From Betaproteobacteria bacterium (GTDB taxonomy: Bacteria > Pseudomonadota > Gammaproteobacteria > Burkholderiales > SG8-39): a stretch of DNA of 64,000 nt. Position 1 is the stretch's first letter, and each line of letters begins with the position of its first letter. Of this stretch, positions 1 through 8,016 are shown piece after piece. The notes under the pieces were generated by a model. That model was not told where the DNA came from, searched no databases, and saw only the letters and a list, made by a program, of their open reading frames with translations. Where the stretch lies: the NCBI GenBank assembly GCA_016210745.1, contig JACQTO010000080.1, forward strand, positions 5,117 through 69,116, read 5' to 3'. Made by a program: the position numbers and the translations under genes.

Positions 1-686
1 GAACCAGCGATGTGCTTGTTCCGGCCGGGGCGGAATTTGTCCTCGAAGGCAGAATCAAGCCGGGCTTGAGGGTGCACGAAGGGCCGTTCGGCGAGTCCTG
101 GGGCACCTATCAGGAGGGAAGGAACCCGGTGGCGAGAGTCACCGCGATCATGCACAGAAAGAAGCCGATTTATCAGGCGCTTCTTTCCTATTCCGGCGAG
201 GACGCAACGCTGCTCGCCATGTTGCTGGAAGGCACGCTGATCGATTCGCTTCGTGCCGCGCACCCCGGCGTGGTTTCAATCGCCGTAGACAAGTTCAACC
301 GATCCAACCTGATCGTGAGCATGCGCAAGAAAGACAGCGGCGAGCCGAGAAAGCTGCTCAAGGAAGTGCTCTCCGGAGTTCCTATCGTCAAGACGGCGGT
401 CGTGGTCGACGAGGACATCGATCCCAACGACGCCCAAGGGGTCGGGTTCGCGATCGCCACGCGCTTTCAGCCCAAGCGAGGCATCGTCGTCGTCGACGAG
501 GCGCGCTCCAGCTCGCTCGACCCGTCCGCCCGCCCGGCGAAATCCGGACGCGTTACCTCGAAGCTCGGCATCGATGCGACCAGGCCGCTGTCGGCGCCGA
601 AGGCCAAGTTCGAGATGATCCAAGTATCGAAGAAAGCGAAAGCGGCGGCGAAGGACATCGAACGGCTGTTGAAGCGCAAGGCGTAG
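1..686 (+). CDS. UbiD-family (prenyl-FMN dependent) decarboxylase, C-terminal part; 5' end lies outside the window
   Basis: Frame is open to the window edge. The sequence 'PAGAEFVLEGRI...HEGPFGE..G.Y' and the remaining C-terminal region resemble UbiD/VdcC-type decarboxylases. Confidence 0.8.
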   Translation, partial: TSDVLVPAGAEFVLEGRIKPGLRVHEGPFGESWGTYQEGRNPVARVTAIMHRKKPIYQALLSYSGEDATLLAMLLEGTLIDSLRAAHPGVVSIAVDKFNRSNLIVSMRKKDSGEPRKLLKEVLSGVPIVKTAVVVDEDIDPNDAQGVGFAIATRFQPKRGIVVVDEARSSSLDPSARPAKSGRVTSKLGIDATRPLSAPKAKFEMIQVSKKAKAAAKDIERLLKRKA

Positions 687-703
687 AACCACAGACGGCA
701 GGC

Positions 704-737
704 GCAGGTTGGGCTGAGCCCAGCGAAGCCCAACGCC
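704..737 (+). repeat. REP-like palindromic unit GCAGGTTGGGCTGAGCCCAGCGAAGCCCAACGCC (copy 1), followed by hairpin CCCCTCCTT-N5-AAGGAGGGG at 740-762
   Basis: Stem GTTGGGCT/AGCCCAAC read directly. A related copy lies at 1488-1520. Confidence 0.6.
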
Positions 738-849
738 CACCCCTCCTTTTCTCAAGGAGGGGAGGCGCGAAGCGCCGGGGTGGTCCCTCTTGCTTGACCT
801 GCCGAGCCAGAATGTGTACGTTTCAAGTGTACATATCGAGGCACCCTGC

Positions 850-1089
850 ATGAAGAATGTGAAAGTCACAGAACTGCGGCAGAAGTTGCCTGAGTACATG
901 GCCCGGGTCCGGCGCGGAGAGCGGCTTCGCATCACCTCGCGGGGAAACGTCATTGCCGAGATTTCACCGCCCAGCGCCGCGAAGGACGAGGCGCAGGCGG
1001 CGCGGGCGCGGCTGCGCGGCAGCGTGCGCCGTTATGAACGGCCGCTCGATCCGGTGATCGAGCCGAGTGAGTGGGACGTAAACCGGTGA
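850..1089 (+). CDS. Type II antitoxin, Phd/YefM-like (VapB partner)
   Basis: 'MKNVKVTELRQKLPEYMARVRRGERLRITSRGNVIAEI' is a typical Phd/YefM N-terminus. Its stop overlaps the GTG start of the downstream PIN gene (GTGA). Confidence 0.75.
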   Translation: MKNVKVTELRQKLPEYMARVRRGERLRITSRGNVIAEISPPSAAKDEAQAARARLRGSVRRYERPLDPVIEPSEWDVNR

Positions 1090-1481
1090 TCGTGCTCGAC
1101 ACCCATGCGCTCGTGTGGTGGGTGTCGGATGCGGCCCGGCTATCGGCGCGCGCGAAACGCGCCATACGCAGCGCAATGCGCAAGGCGCCGGTGGCCGCTT
1201 CGGCGATCAGCCTGTTCGAGATCGCTACTGCGATCCGCCGGGGTCGGCTGATTCTCAGCGTTCCGGCGGAACAATGGTTTGCGGACCTCGGCCTGCTGCC
1301 GGAGCTGCGCTTCGAGCCCGTGACAGCCGAGATCGCCCGCATCGCCGGCTCTTTCGACGGCGCAATGCCCGGAGATCCGGCCGATCGGATCATCGCCGCC
1401 ACCGCGATCGCGCTGAAATCTAAGCTCGTGATCGCCGACGCGCGCCTAAGGCGCGCGCCGCGGTTGGAGTCGCTTTGGTAA
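1086..1481 (+). CDS. vapC: PIN-domain toxin VapC
   Basis: 'VIVLDTHALVWW...' carries the PIN acidic residues, with 'DPADRIIAATA' near the C-terminus. Overlaps the antitoxin by 4 nt. Confidence 0.8.
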   Translation: MIVLDTHALVWWVSDAARLSARAKRAIRSAMRKAPVAASAISLFEIATAIRRGRLILSVPAEQWFADLGLLPELRFEPVTAEIARIAGSFDGAMPGDPADRIIAATAIALKSKLVIADARLRRAPRLESLW

Positions 1482-1487
1482 GGAATC

Positions 1488-1520
1488 GCAGGTTCGGCTG
1501 AGTGCAGCGAAGTTCAACGC
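1488..1520 (+). repeat. REP-like unit GCAGGTTCGGCTGAGTGCAGCGAAGTTCAACGC (copy 2, same orientation as 704-737)
   Basis: About 27 of 33 positions match copy 1, judged by eye. Confidence 0.55.
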
Positions 1521-1584
1521 TCCGCAGTTTCGCGCAGTCGCCGTCGGCGGCGCGTACAATGCGCCCCTTGCGCAGTCGAACGTC

Positions 1585-3573
1585 ATGATCCGCCTCTCCC
1601 AAGTCACGCTCATTCGCGGCACCAAGGTGCTGCTCGAAGTCGCCGATGTCGCGCTCAATCCGGGCGACAAGATCGGATTGATCGGCGCCAACGGCTCGGG
1701 AAAATCGAGCCTGTTCGCGATGCTGCGCGGCGAGCTGCACGCCGACGGCGGCGAGGTCGATTACCCGGCGCGCTGGCGCATCGCGTACGTGGCGCAGGAG
1801 ACCCCGGCGCTCCCGCGCACGGCGCTGGAGTACGCGATCGACGGCGACACCACCTTGCGCAAGCTCGAAGCCGCGCTTGCGCAAGCCGAGGCGGCCGATG
1901 ACGGTCACTTGATCGGCGAGATCCACGCGGCGATGGGCGATGCAAACGCCTACACGGTGCGCTCGCGCGCCGAGCAGCTGCTGCGCGGCCTGGGGTTCAC
2001 GCACGAGCAGATGGCCCAGCCGGTGGCGAGTTTCTCCGGCGGCTGGCGCATGCGGCTGAACCTGGCGCAGGCGCTGATGTGCCCTTCGGACCTGCTGCTC
2101 CTCGATGAGCCGACCAACCACCTGGATCTGGATGCGATCCTGTGGCTCGAGGACTGGCTGCAGCGCTACCCCGGCACGCTCATCGTCGTTTCGCACGACC
2201 GCGATTTTCTCGACGGCGTGGTGGACGTGATCGTGCATATCGATGCCAAGAAGCTCAAGCGCTACTCGGGCAACTATTCGAGCTTCGAGCGCCAGCGCGC
2301 AGCCGCCGTGGTGCTCGCGGCCGGCATGGCCGAGAAGCAGGCGCGCGAGCGCGCGCATCTAGAATCGTTCATCAACCGCTTCCGCGCCAAAGCCACCAAG
2401 GCGAAACAGGCGCAAAGCCGCATGAAGATGCTGGCGAAGATGGAGGAACTGGCGCCGCTGCACGTCTCCGCGCCGTTTTCGTTCGAATTTCGCGAGCCGC
2501 TGAAGGCGCCCAATCCGCTTCTGGTGATGGAAGATGTGGATGCCGGTTACCGGATCCCGGGGGAACCCGATAAGGCGATCGTGCGCGGCATCCGCTTGTC
2601 GCTGCAAAGCGGCCAGCGCTACGGCCTGCTCGGCATCAACGGCGCGGGGAAATCGACGCTGATCAAAACCATCGACGGAGAGCTTGCCCCGCTTGCCGGC
2701 AAGGCCATTTTCAACAAGGGTCTTGCCGTCGGCTATTTTGCCCAGCACCAAGTGGAAATGCTGCGTCACGACGAATCGCCGCTGTGGCATCTGGCGCGCA
2801 TCGCCCCGCATAACATCCGCGAACAGGAGCTGCGCAGTTTTCTCGGCGGATTCAACTTCCCCGGCGACATGGCCACCACCTCGATCGAAACCTTCTCCGG
2901 CGGCGAGAAGGCGCGGCTCGCGCTTGCCCTGATCGTCTGGCAGCGCCCCAACCTTCTGCTGCTCGACGAGCCGACCAATCACCTCGACCTGGAAACGCGC
3001 GAAGCGTTGACGGTGGCGCTGGCGCAGTTCGAAGGCACACTGGTACTCGTCTCGCACGACCGGCATCTGCTGCGCGCCACCACCGAAGAGTTCCTGATCG
3101 TCGCCGAAGGCAAGCTGCGGCCCTTCGACGGCGATCTCGACGATTACCGCGACTGGCTGTTCCGGACCAAGCTCGCACCGGCCGATGGTCCGGCCGATTC
3201 GGGCACGGAGGCTGCATTGACCGAGGCGGCGACGGCCCCGGAGCCGATGACCGACGCGCCGGAGAAAAGCGCTGGCGCAGCGCCCGACCGGCGCGTGCAA
3301 AAACGCAAGGAAGCCGAAGCGCGGCAGCGCCAGTCCGCGGCGCGAAAGCCGATCGAATCGCGCATCAAACGGCTCGAAGAGCAAATGGCAAAACTTGGCG
3401 CGCAGAAATCCGCGATCGACGCCCAGCTCGCCGACCCGGCGATCTACGCCGAGTCGAACAAGGAAACATTGAAGACGCTGATCCTCGACCAGGCCTACGT
3501 CGCGCGGGAGCTCTCGCAGCTCGAAGGCGAATGGCTGGAGCTGCAGGAACAGTTGGAGCAGGCGACAAATTGA
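1585..3573 (+). CDS. ABC-F family ATPase (YheS/Uup-like, two NBDs, C-terminal coiled coil)
   Basis: Two Walker A motifs (GANGSGKSS, GINGAGKST), two LSGG signatures and two 'LLLLDEPTNHLD' motifs. No transmembrane domain. The tail is charged and K/E/Q-rich. Confidence 0.9.
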   Translation: MIRLSQVTLIRGTKVLLEVADVALNPGDKIGLIGANGSGKSSLFAMLRGELHADGGEVDYPARWRIAYVAQETPALPRTALEYAIDGDTTLRKLEAALAQAEAADDGHLIGEIHAAMGDANAYTVRSRAEQLLRGLGFTHEQMAQPVASFSGGWRMRLNLAQALMCPSDLLLLDEPTNHLDLDAILWLEDWLQRYPGTLIVVSHDRDFLDGVVDVIVHIDAKKLKRYSGNYSSFERQRAAAVVLAAGMAEKQARERAHLESFINRFRAKATKAKQAQSRMKMLAKMEELAPLHVSAPFSFEFREPLKAPNPLLVMEDVDAGYRIPGEPDKAIVRGIRLSLQSGQRYGLLGINGAGKSTLIKTIDGELAPLAGKAIFNKGLAVGYFAQHQVEMLRHDESPLWHLARIAPHNIREQELRSFLGGFNFPGDMATTSIETFSGGEKARLALALIVWQRPNLLLLDEPTNHLDLETREALTVALAQFEGTLVLVSHDRHLLRATTEEFLIVAEGKLRPFDGDLDDYRDWLFRTKLAPADGPADSGTEAALTEAATAPEPMTDAPEKSAGAAPDRRVQKRKEAEARQRQSAARKPIESRIKRLEEQMAKLGAQKSAIDAQLADPAIYAESNKETLKTLILDQAYVARELSQLEGEWLELQEQLEQATN

Positions 3574-3576
3574 TAG

Positions 3577-3725
3577 AAGAAGCCGGGACCAACGCGGCTC
3601 GCTTTGCCTTTCTCTCAATCTCGTGTTTTTCATTCAGTTGCAGCTTCGCAACTGAATGAAAAACACGAGACCTATAGAACACCAAAATCTTCGCCGAAAT
3701 CGTCAGCGATGAGCGCGTATTTCAC
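3577..3725 (+). repeat. Dispersed ~155-nt element, copy A5 (perfect 22-bp stem hairpin at 3620-3669)
   Basis: CTCGTGTTTTTCATTCAGTTGC-agcttc-GCAACTGAATGAAAAACACGAG, plus the conserved right block AAATCTTCGCCGAAATCGTCAGC shared with the other copies. Confidence 0.7.
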
Positions 3726-3745
3726 TAACACCTGGCGTCGTGGGC

Positions 3746-4006
3746 TCAACCGCCGCTCAGCGCCTGGAGGATCATCACCTGGTCCGAATCGCGCAGCAGC
3801 ACCCCGAGCGCGCGCACCTCGGTGCCGTTGACGAAAATGCGCATGTGGCGGCGGATCGCGTCCTGCTCGTCGATCATGCGAAAGCGTATGCCCGGGAAGC
3901 GCCGATCGAGATCGGCGAGGACTTCCGCGAGCGTGGCGCCGCGCGCTTCGACCTCCTGCCGCTCGCCGCAGTAGGAACGCAGCGGGGATGGAATGAAGAT
4001 CTTCAA
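3746..4006 (-). CDS. MoaD/ThiS-family ubiquitin-like small protein (C-terminal GG)
   Basis: 86 aa ending '...ILQALSGG'. 'VNG' and beta-grasp-like spacing. Its ATG overlaps the stop of the upstream BNR gene (ATGA). Confidence 0.75.
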   Translation of the reverse strand: MKIFIPSPLRSYCGERQEVEARGATLAEVLADLDRRFPGIRFRMIDEQDAIRRHMRIFVNGTEVRALGVLLRDSDQVMILQALSGG

Positions 4007-5172
4007 CGCCCGAGCTCAGCCGCTTCGACGGCGTAGATTTCCGGTAGGTGCCGCGCGATGCAGGTCCAGTTTCGTCCTTCGCTCTTGCTCGCCCAGATTT
4101 CACCGCCCGTGGTGCCGAAGTAGAGTCCGACCGGTTGGTGGGCATCGGCGCTCATCGCCTGGCGCTTGACCGTGAACCATCCCTGGCTGCGCGGCAGCCC
4201 CGCATCCAGCCGCTGCCAGGTGCGGCCCGCGTTGCGCGTGACGTAGGCCGCGGGCTTGCCCTCCGGGCTGGTGCGCGGCCACACCGATGAGCCGTCCATC
4301 GGGAACACCCAGACCGTATCCGGATCGCGCGGGTGCAGGACGAGGGGAAAGCCGATATCTCCCACCTTTTTCGGCATGTTCGTTCCGATGCGCACCCATT
4401 TCCGCTCAGGCTGCTGCATGCGGTAAATGCCGCAGTGGTTCTGCTGGTACAGGATATCGGGTGCAAGCGGATGAAGCTTCACGCAATGCGGGTCATGCCC
4501 GTACTCCGGATAGGGATCGGGCAGGAAATCGGCGCGGCACCCGCTGTTGAGCGGTTTCCACCCGGCGCCCTTGTCGAGACTTTCGAACACCCCGCCGCTG
4601 GACATGCCGATGTAGAGGTGTCCGGAATCGCGCGGGTCGACGAGGATCGAATGCAGCTTGGGGCCATCCGGGGTTCCGTCCCGTTCGCCACCGGTCCATT
4701 GGGAATACATCGCGTGCTCATTGAAGCCTGACACGGGCCTCCACGTATCACCGCCATCCTCGCTGCGGAACAGCCCTTGCGGGGAAGTGCCTGCGTACCA
4801 CACCTTCGGCTCGCTCGAATGCCCGGGGGTCACCCAGAACACGTGATCGACAACGCGCCCCTTCTGCCCTTCGGGCACCTTGGGGAAAGCCGGCGGCTTG
4901 GAGGCCTCTTTCCAGCTCTTGCCTAAATCGGTGGAGCGAAAGACGCTGGGTCCCAAATGCCCGGTACGCGCCCCAACCAGCAGCGTGCGGCGATCGCGCG
5001 GATCGAGAACCATGTGGCTGACGACATGGCCGAAGAACATCGGCGCGGAGATTTTCCAGGCGCGGCGCGCCTTGTCCGTCTTGAGGATGAATGCGCCCTT
5101 GCGGGTTGCGACGAGCAGGGCTATGCCGCCGGATGCAGGCTTGGGCGGATTGGGTCTTGCGGGGTTTGTCAT
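4003..5172 (-). CDS. BNR/Asp-box repeat beta-propeller protein (sialidase-like / Ycf48-like fold), function unknown
   Basis: Five Asp-box-like motifs: STDLGKSW, SEDGGDTW, SLDKGAGW, TRNAGRTW, SKSEGRNW. Confidence 0.75.
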   Translation of the reverse strand: MTNPARPNPPKPASGGIALLVATRKGAFILKTDKARRAWKISAPMFFGHVVSHMVLDPRDRRTLLVGARTGHLGPSVFRSTDLGKSWKEASKPPAFPKVPEGQKGRVVDHVFWVTPGHSSEPKVWYAGTSPQGLFRSEDGGDTWRPVSGFNEHAMYSQWTGGERDGTPDGPKLHSILVDPRDSGHLYIGMSSGGVFESLDKGAGWKPLNSGCRADFLPDPYPEYGHDPHCVKLHPLAPDILYQQNHCGIYRMQQPERKWVRIGTNMPKKVGDIGFPLVLHPRDPDTVWVFPMDGSSVWPRTSPEGKPAAYVTRNAGRTWQRLDAGLPRSQGWFTVKRQAMSADAHQPVGLYFGTTGGEIWASKSEGRNWTCIARHLPEIYAVEAAELGR

Positions 5173-5473
5173 GGTGTGCGCAAGTCGAGTGGAGAGGGAA
5201 TGCCGTTTCTTCCGGAATCCCCGCTGCGCCGACGCCTCGCCAAAAGCGCTGTGCGCCGATTCGCACCAGGGAATTCCGCCAGAAATAGACCCCGTGCGCC
5301 TCGGAATGGTTTCATCGCCCGGCGCGTTTACTTGAGTTGCCAGGGAAACTTGCGGGTGTCGGCCAGCAAACGGCGCGCGCCCCGCGAATTAGATCCGGCC
5401 GCGGAAATAGATGGGATGCCCTGATGGGTATCCCCGTTGCTGCTGAGCACATAGCTGCTGCACGACAAATTCC

Positions 5474-5501
5474 CGTGATTCCCGCTTGCGCGGGAATCAC
5501 G
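5474..5501. repeat. Short palindromic REP unit CGTGATTCCCGC-ttgc-GCGGGAATCACG
   Basis: Perfect 12-bp stem read directly. A related unit sits inside the UvrA-like gene at about 13226-13340. Confidence 0.6.
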
Positions 5502-5617
5502 GCGCCAGCGCTTATCGGTGTGATTGGGTTTGCTGAAGATCAATCGATGATGCTGGTGACAGCTCGCACCCCCGCTGTTAGAGTTTCGCTCTTTTTGGCC
5601 CCAGCCGGAATCATCCC

Positions 5618-6895
5618 TTGAACGATTCGCACGCGAGCGGCGAAGCTCACGCCGTTCCGCATCAATCCTTCGCCGCGCTGCGCCACCCCGGGTTCCGCGC
5701 GTACTTCATCACTACCGCGCTGTCGATGATGGCCGACAGCGTGGAGCACGTGATCAGCTACTGGATGATGTTCGAGAAGTTCCACTCGCCGGCGCTGGGC
5801 GGCTTCGCAGTGCTCTCGCACTGGCTGCCGTTTCTCCTGTTCTCAGTGTACTCGGGCGCCCTTGCCGACCGCTTCGACCCGCGGGGTCTCATCCAACTGG
5901 GGATGCTGATCTTCATGGCGGTGTCGCTGGGCTGGGGTCTGCTGTTTCTCGCCGATTCCCTCGAAATGTGGCACGCGGTGGTGCTGCTCATCCTCCACGG
6001 TTTTGCGGGGGTGCTATGGACGCCGGCCGGGCAGGTGCTCATCCACGATATCGTCGGCGGGGCGCAGTTGCAAAGCGCGGTGCGCCTGAGCGCCACCGCG
6101 CGCTGGCTGGGTCTGCTGATGGGGCCGGCTGTGGGCGGGGGGATATTGCTCCTGCTGGGGCCGGCGCACGGGATCCTGCTCAACGTGCTGATCTATCTGC
6201 CGCTCGTGCTCTGGCTGTGGAGGGCACCCTACGGGCCGCGGTTTCGCAAAGGCGAACCTGCGCCGGTGCGTGCCGTGCGAGGTCTTGCGGACATCGTATC
6301 GACCATGCGTGCGATCGCCGGCAACCGCACCATCGTATCGATGATCGTACTCTCGGGCCTTGCCGCGCTGATCGTAGGCAACGCTTATCAGGCGCAGATG
6401 CCCGAATTCGCGCACGATCTCGGCCACGGCGATGCGGGATTCTTCTACAGCATGCTGCTCGCCGCCGATGCGGCCGGAGCGTTCATGGCCGGCATGGTGC
6501 TCGAGAGCCGAGGCCTGTTGCCGCCGCGGCCGCGCACCGCGCTCGTGCTCGCCATGCTTTGGTGCTGCGCCCTCGGAGGATTCGCCGCCGCCGGCGCCTA
6601 TCCGCTCGCGCTGGCACTTCTGTTTGCGGCGGGATTCCTCGAGCTGTCGTTCAACGCCATGGCGCAGACGCTGGTGCAATTGAACGCGCCCCCGGACATC
6701 CGTGGGCGCGTGATTGGTTTGTTCACCATGGCGAGCTACGGTCTGCGCGCTTTTAGCGGCGTCACCGTCGGCATCGGCGGCAGCCTCATCGGCATCCACT
6801 GGTCGCTCGCCATTTCGACCATGGTGCTGCTTGCAGTCACCGTCTCGTTGCTTGCGTTCACGCTCCGCGGTGCGCGCGCCGCCGAGCGGCGCTGA
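5618..6895 (+). CDS. MFS transporter (EntS/MFS_3-like)
   Basis: 425 aa with about 12 hydrophobic spans. The N-terminus 'FRAYFITTALSMMADSVEHVISYW' is typical of this MFS subfamily. TTG start. Confidence 0.8.
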   Translation: MNDSHASGEAHAVPHQSFAALRHPGFRAYFITTALSMMADSVEHVISYWMMFEKFHSPALGGFAVLSHWLPFLLFSVYSGALADRFDPRGLIQLGMLIFMAVSLGWGLLFLADSLEMWHAVVLLILHGFAGVLWTPAGQVLIHDIVGGAQLQSAVRLSATARWLGLLMGPAVGGGILLLLGPAHGILLNVLIYLPLVLWLWRAPYGPRFRKGEPAPVRAVRGLADIVSTMRAIAGNRTIVSMIVLSGLAALIVGNAYQAQMPEFAHDLGHGDAGFFYSMLLAADAAGAFMAGMVLESRGLLPPRPRTALVLAMLWCCALGGFAAAGAYPLALALLFAAGFLELSFNAMAQTLVQLNAPPDIRGRVIGLFTMASYGLRAFSGVTVGIGGSLIGIHWSLAISTMVLLAVTVSLLAFTLRGARAAERR

Positions 6896-6950
6896 CGCCC
6901 CCGCGGCGCTAGTGCAACAGCCGCGCCCGCCAAGTCCCCAAATCCCGAAT

Positions 6951-7110
6951 CCTAAGCCGGACGAGCCGGAACCAGTGAAGCTGGTTTTGCCGTTTATCAA
7001 TCTCCCCTTTTCATGCAGTTGCGTGCAACTGCATGAAAAGGGGAGACGAATTTGGAAACCAAATCTTCGCCAAATCTGTCAACAGTACACTTGTAATAGA
7101 CTAAATCCTG
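6951..7110 (+). repeat. Dispersed ~155-nt element, copy A1 (22-bp stem hairpin at 7001-7046)
   Basis: CCTAAGCCGGACGAGCCGGAACC...GTTTTGCCGTTTATCAA-TCTCCCCTTTTCATGCAGTTGC-gt-GCAACTGCATGAAAAGGGGAGA-CGAATTTGGAAACCAAATCTTCGCCAAATCTGTCAAC...ACTTGTAA. Confidence 0.75.
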
Positions 7111-7128
7111 AATCCCGAATCCTGCCTC

Positions 7129-7761
7129 TCAGCTCTTGCCTGCAGGCGGGACAATCTTGCCCGCATCGCCGGCTTTTGCCGCCGGCGTCGCATCGCCTGC
7201 CGCGGCAGGGGCGGCTTGCGCGGCGCTCGCCGGGGCGGGCAGCAGCGCTTGGCAATCCGGGCTTACATCGACCTTGTTGGTGCCGCTCAAATTGATCGCC
7301 AGACCGGCGACGCAATTGGCCTTGTCCAACGCCAGGGCGCGGTTCAATGCCGCGAGTGCCGGTGCATGATTGGTGCCGTTCGCAATCTGGCTAACCAGGC
7401 CTTCGCCCGCGAGCAGCGCGGCGCGCACCTCCGGTTTGCCGGCCTTGGCCGAGGCCTCCAGCGCCGACACAACTTGCGGCTCCACTTTGGTGAGCAGGGT
7501 TTTCAGGTTGTCCGACTGGCGCAGCTTCTGTTCCAAGTCGGCCGCCTTGACGCTCGTCGCTTTCAGCTCGTCCTGCAGTTTCCTGCGTGCCGCTGCCGCA
7601 TCCTGACTCGCTTTATCCGCGGCTGCCTGTACCTGCGCCAAAGTGGACTCGAGCTCATCGACCTTCATGAACTCCAGCACCGCAAATGCCGCGACCACTA
7701 TCAGCAGAACCACCGCTCCCTGCGCGGTCCATTGCATCACCTTTTCGCGATTCATCGCCAC
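7129..7761 (-). CDS. Hypothetical membrane-anchored coiled-coil protein with A/P-rich tail
   Basis: N-terminal transmembrane segment 'GAVVLLIVVAAFAVL', followed by heptad-like charged helices. No family recognised. Confidence 0.5.
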   Translation of the reverse strand: MAMNREKVMQWTAQGAVVLLIVVAAFAVLEFMKVDELESTLAQVQAAADKASQDAAAARRKLQDELKATSVKAADLEQKLRQSDNLKTLLTKVEPQVVSALEASAKAGKPEVRAALLAGEGLVSQIANGTNHAPALAALNRALALDKANCVAGLAINLSGTNKVDVSPDCQALLPAPASAAQAAPAAAGDATPAAKAGDAGKIVPPAGKS

Positions 7762-7923
7762 GACGATCTCCCTTTATGAATGGTGAGACAAGACAAGCCG
7801 ATCAAATCCCCTCTGCAAGCTTTCTCCGACTTGGGGAATCCACGAGGGGCCGGTGAGAAGGGAAGGTCCCCACGCCTTCCCCACGCCCCTGGTTCGTACC
7901 CGCCGTCAATTGTATCCGCTCGT

Positions 7924-8005
7924 GAAAATGGGGTCAGAGTAACTTTTTGCCTTTCCGCCGACGCCTACCGAGGCGTCATCCAAAAGTTACTCTGACCCCA
8001 TTTTC
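7924..8005. repeat. Inverted-repeat element B1 (GAAAATGGGGTCAGAGTAAC...GTTACTCTGACCCCATTTTC)
   Basis: Arms of about 25 bp flank a 31-nt core that holds its own hairpin, GACGCCT-accg-AGGCGTC. Confidence 0.7.
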
Positions 8006-8016
8006 AACGGAAATGC

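Noticed and set aside
6014-7000. ORFs 6014-7000(-), 46874-47068(+) and 51404-52084(-) share the peptide 'INGKT(S/T).FGSGS(S/A).LG', which looks like a conserved protein N-terminus.
   Set aside because: The shared peptide is simply the translation of the conserved left block of the dispersed ~155-nt element. The rest of each ORF is antisense to a real gene.
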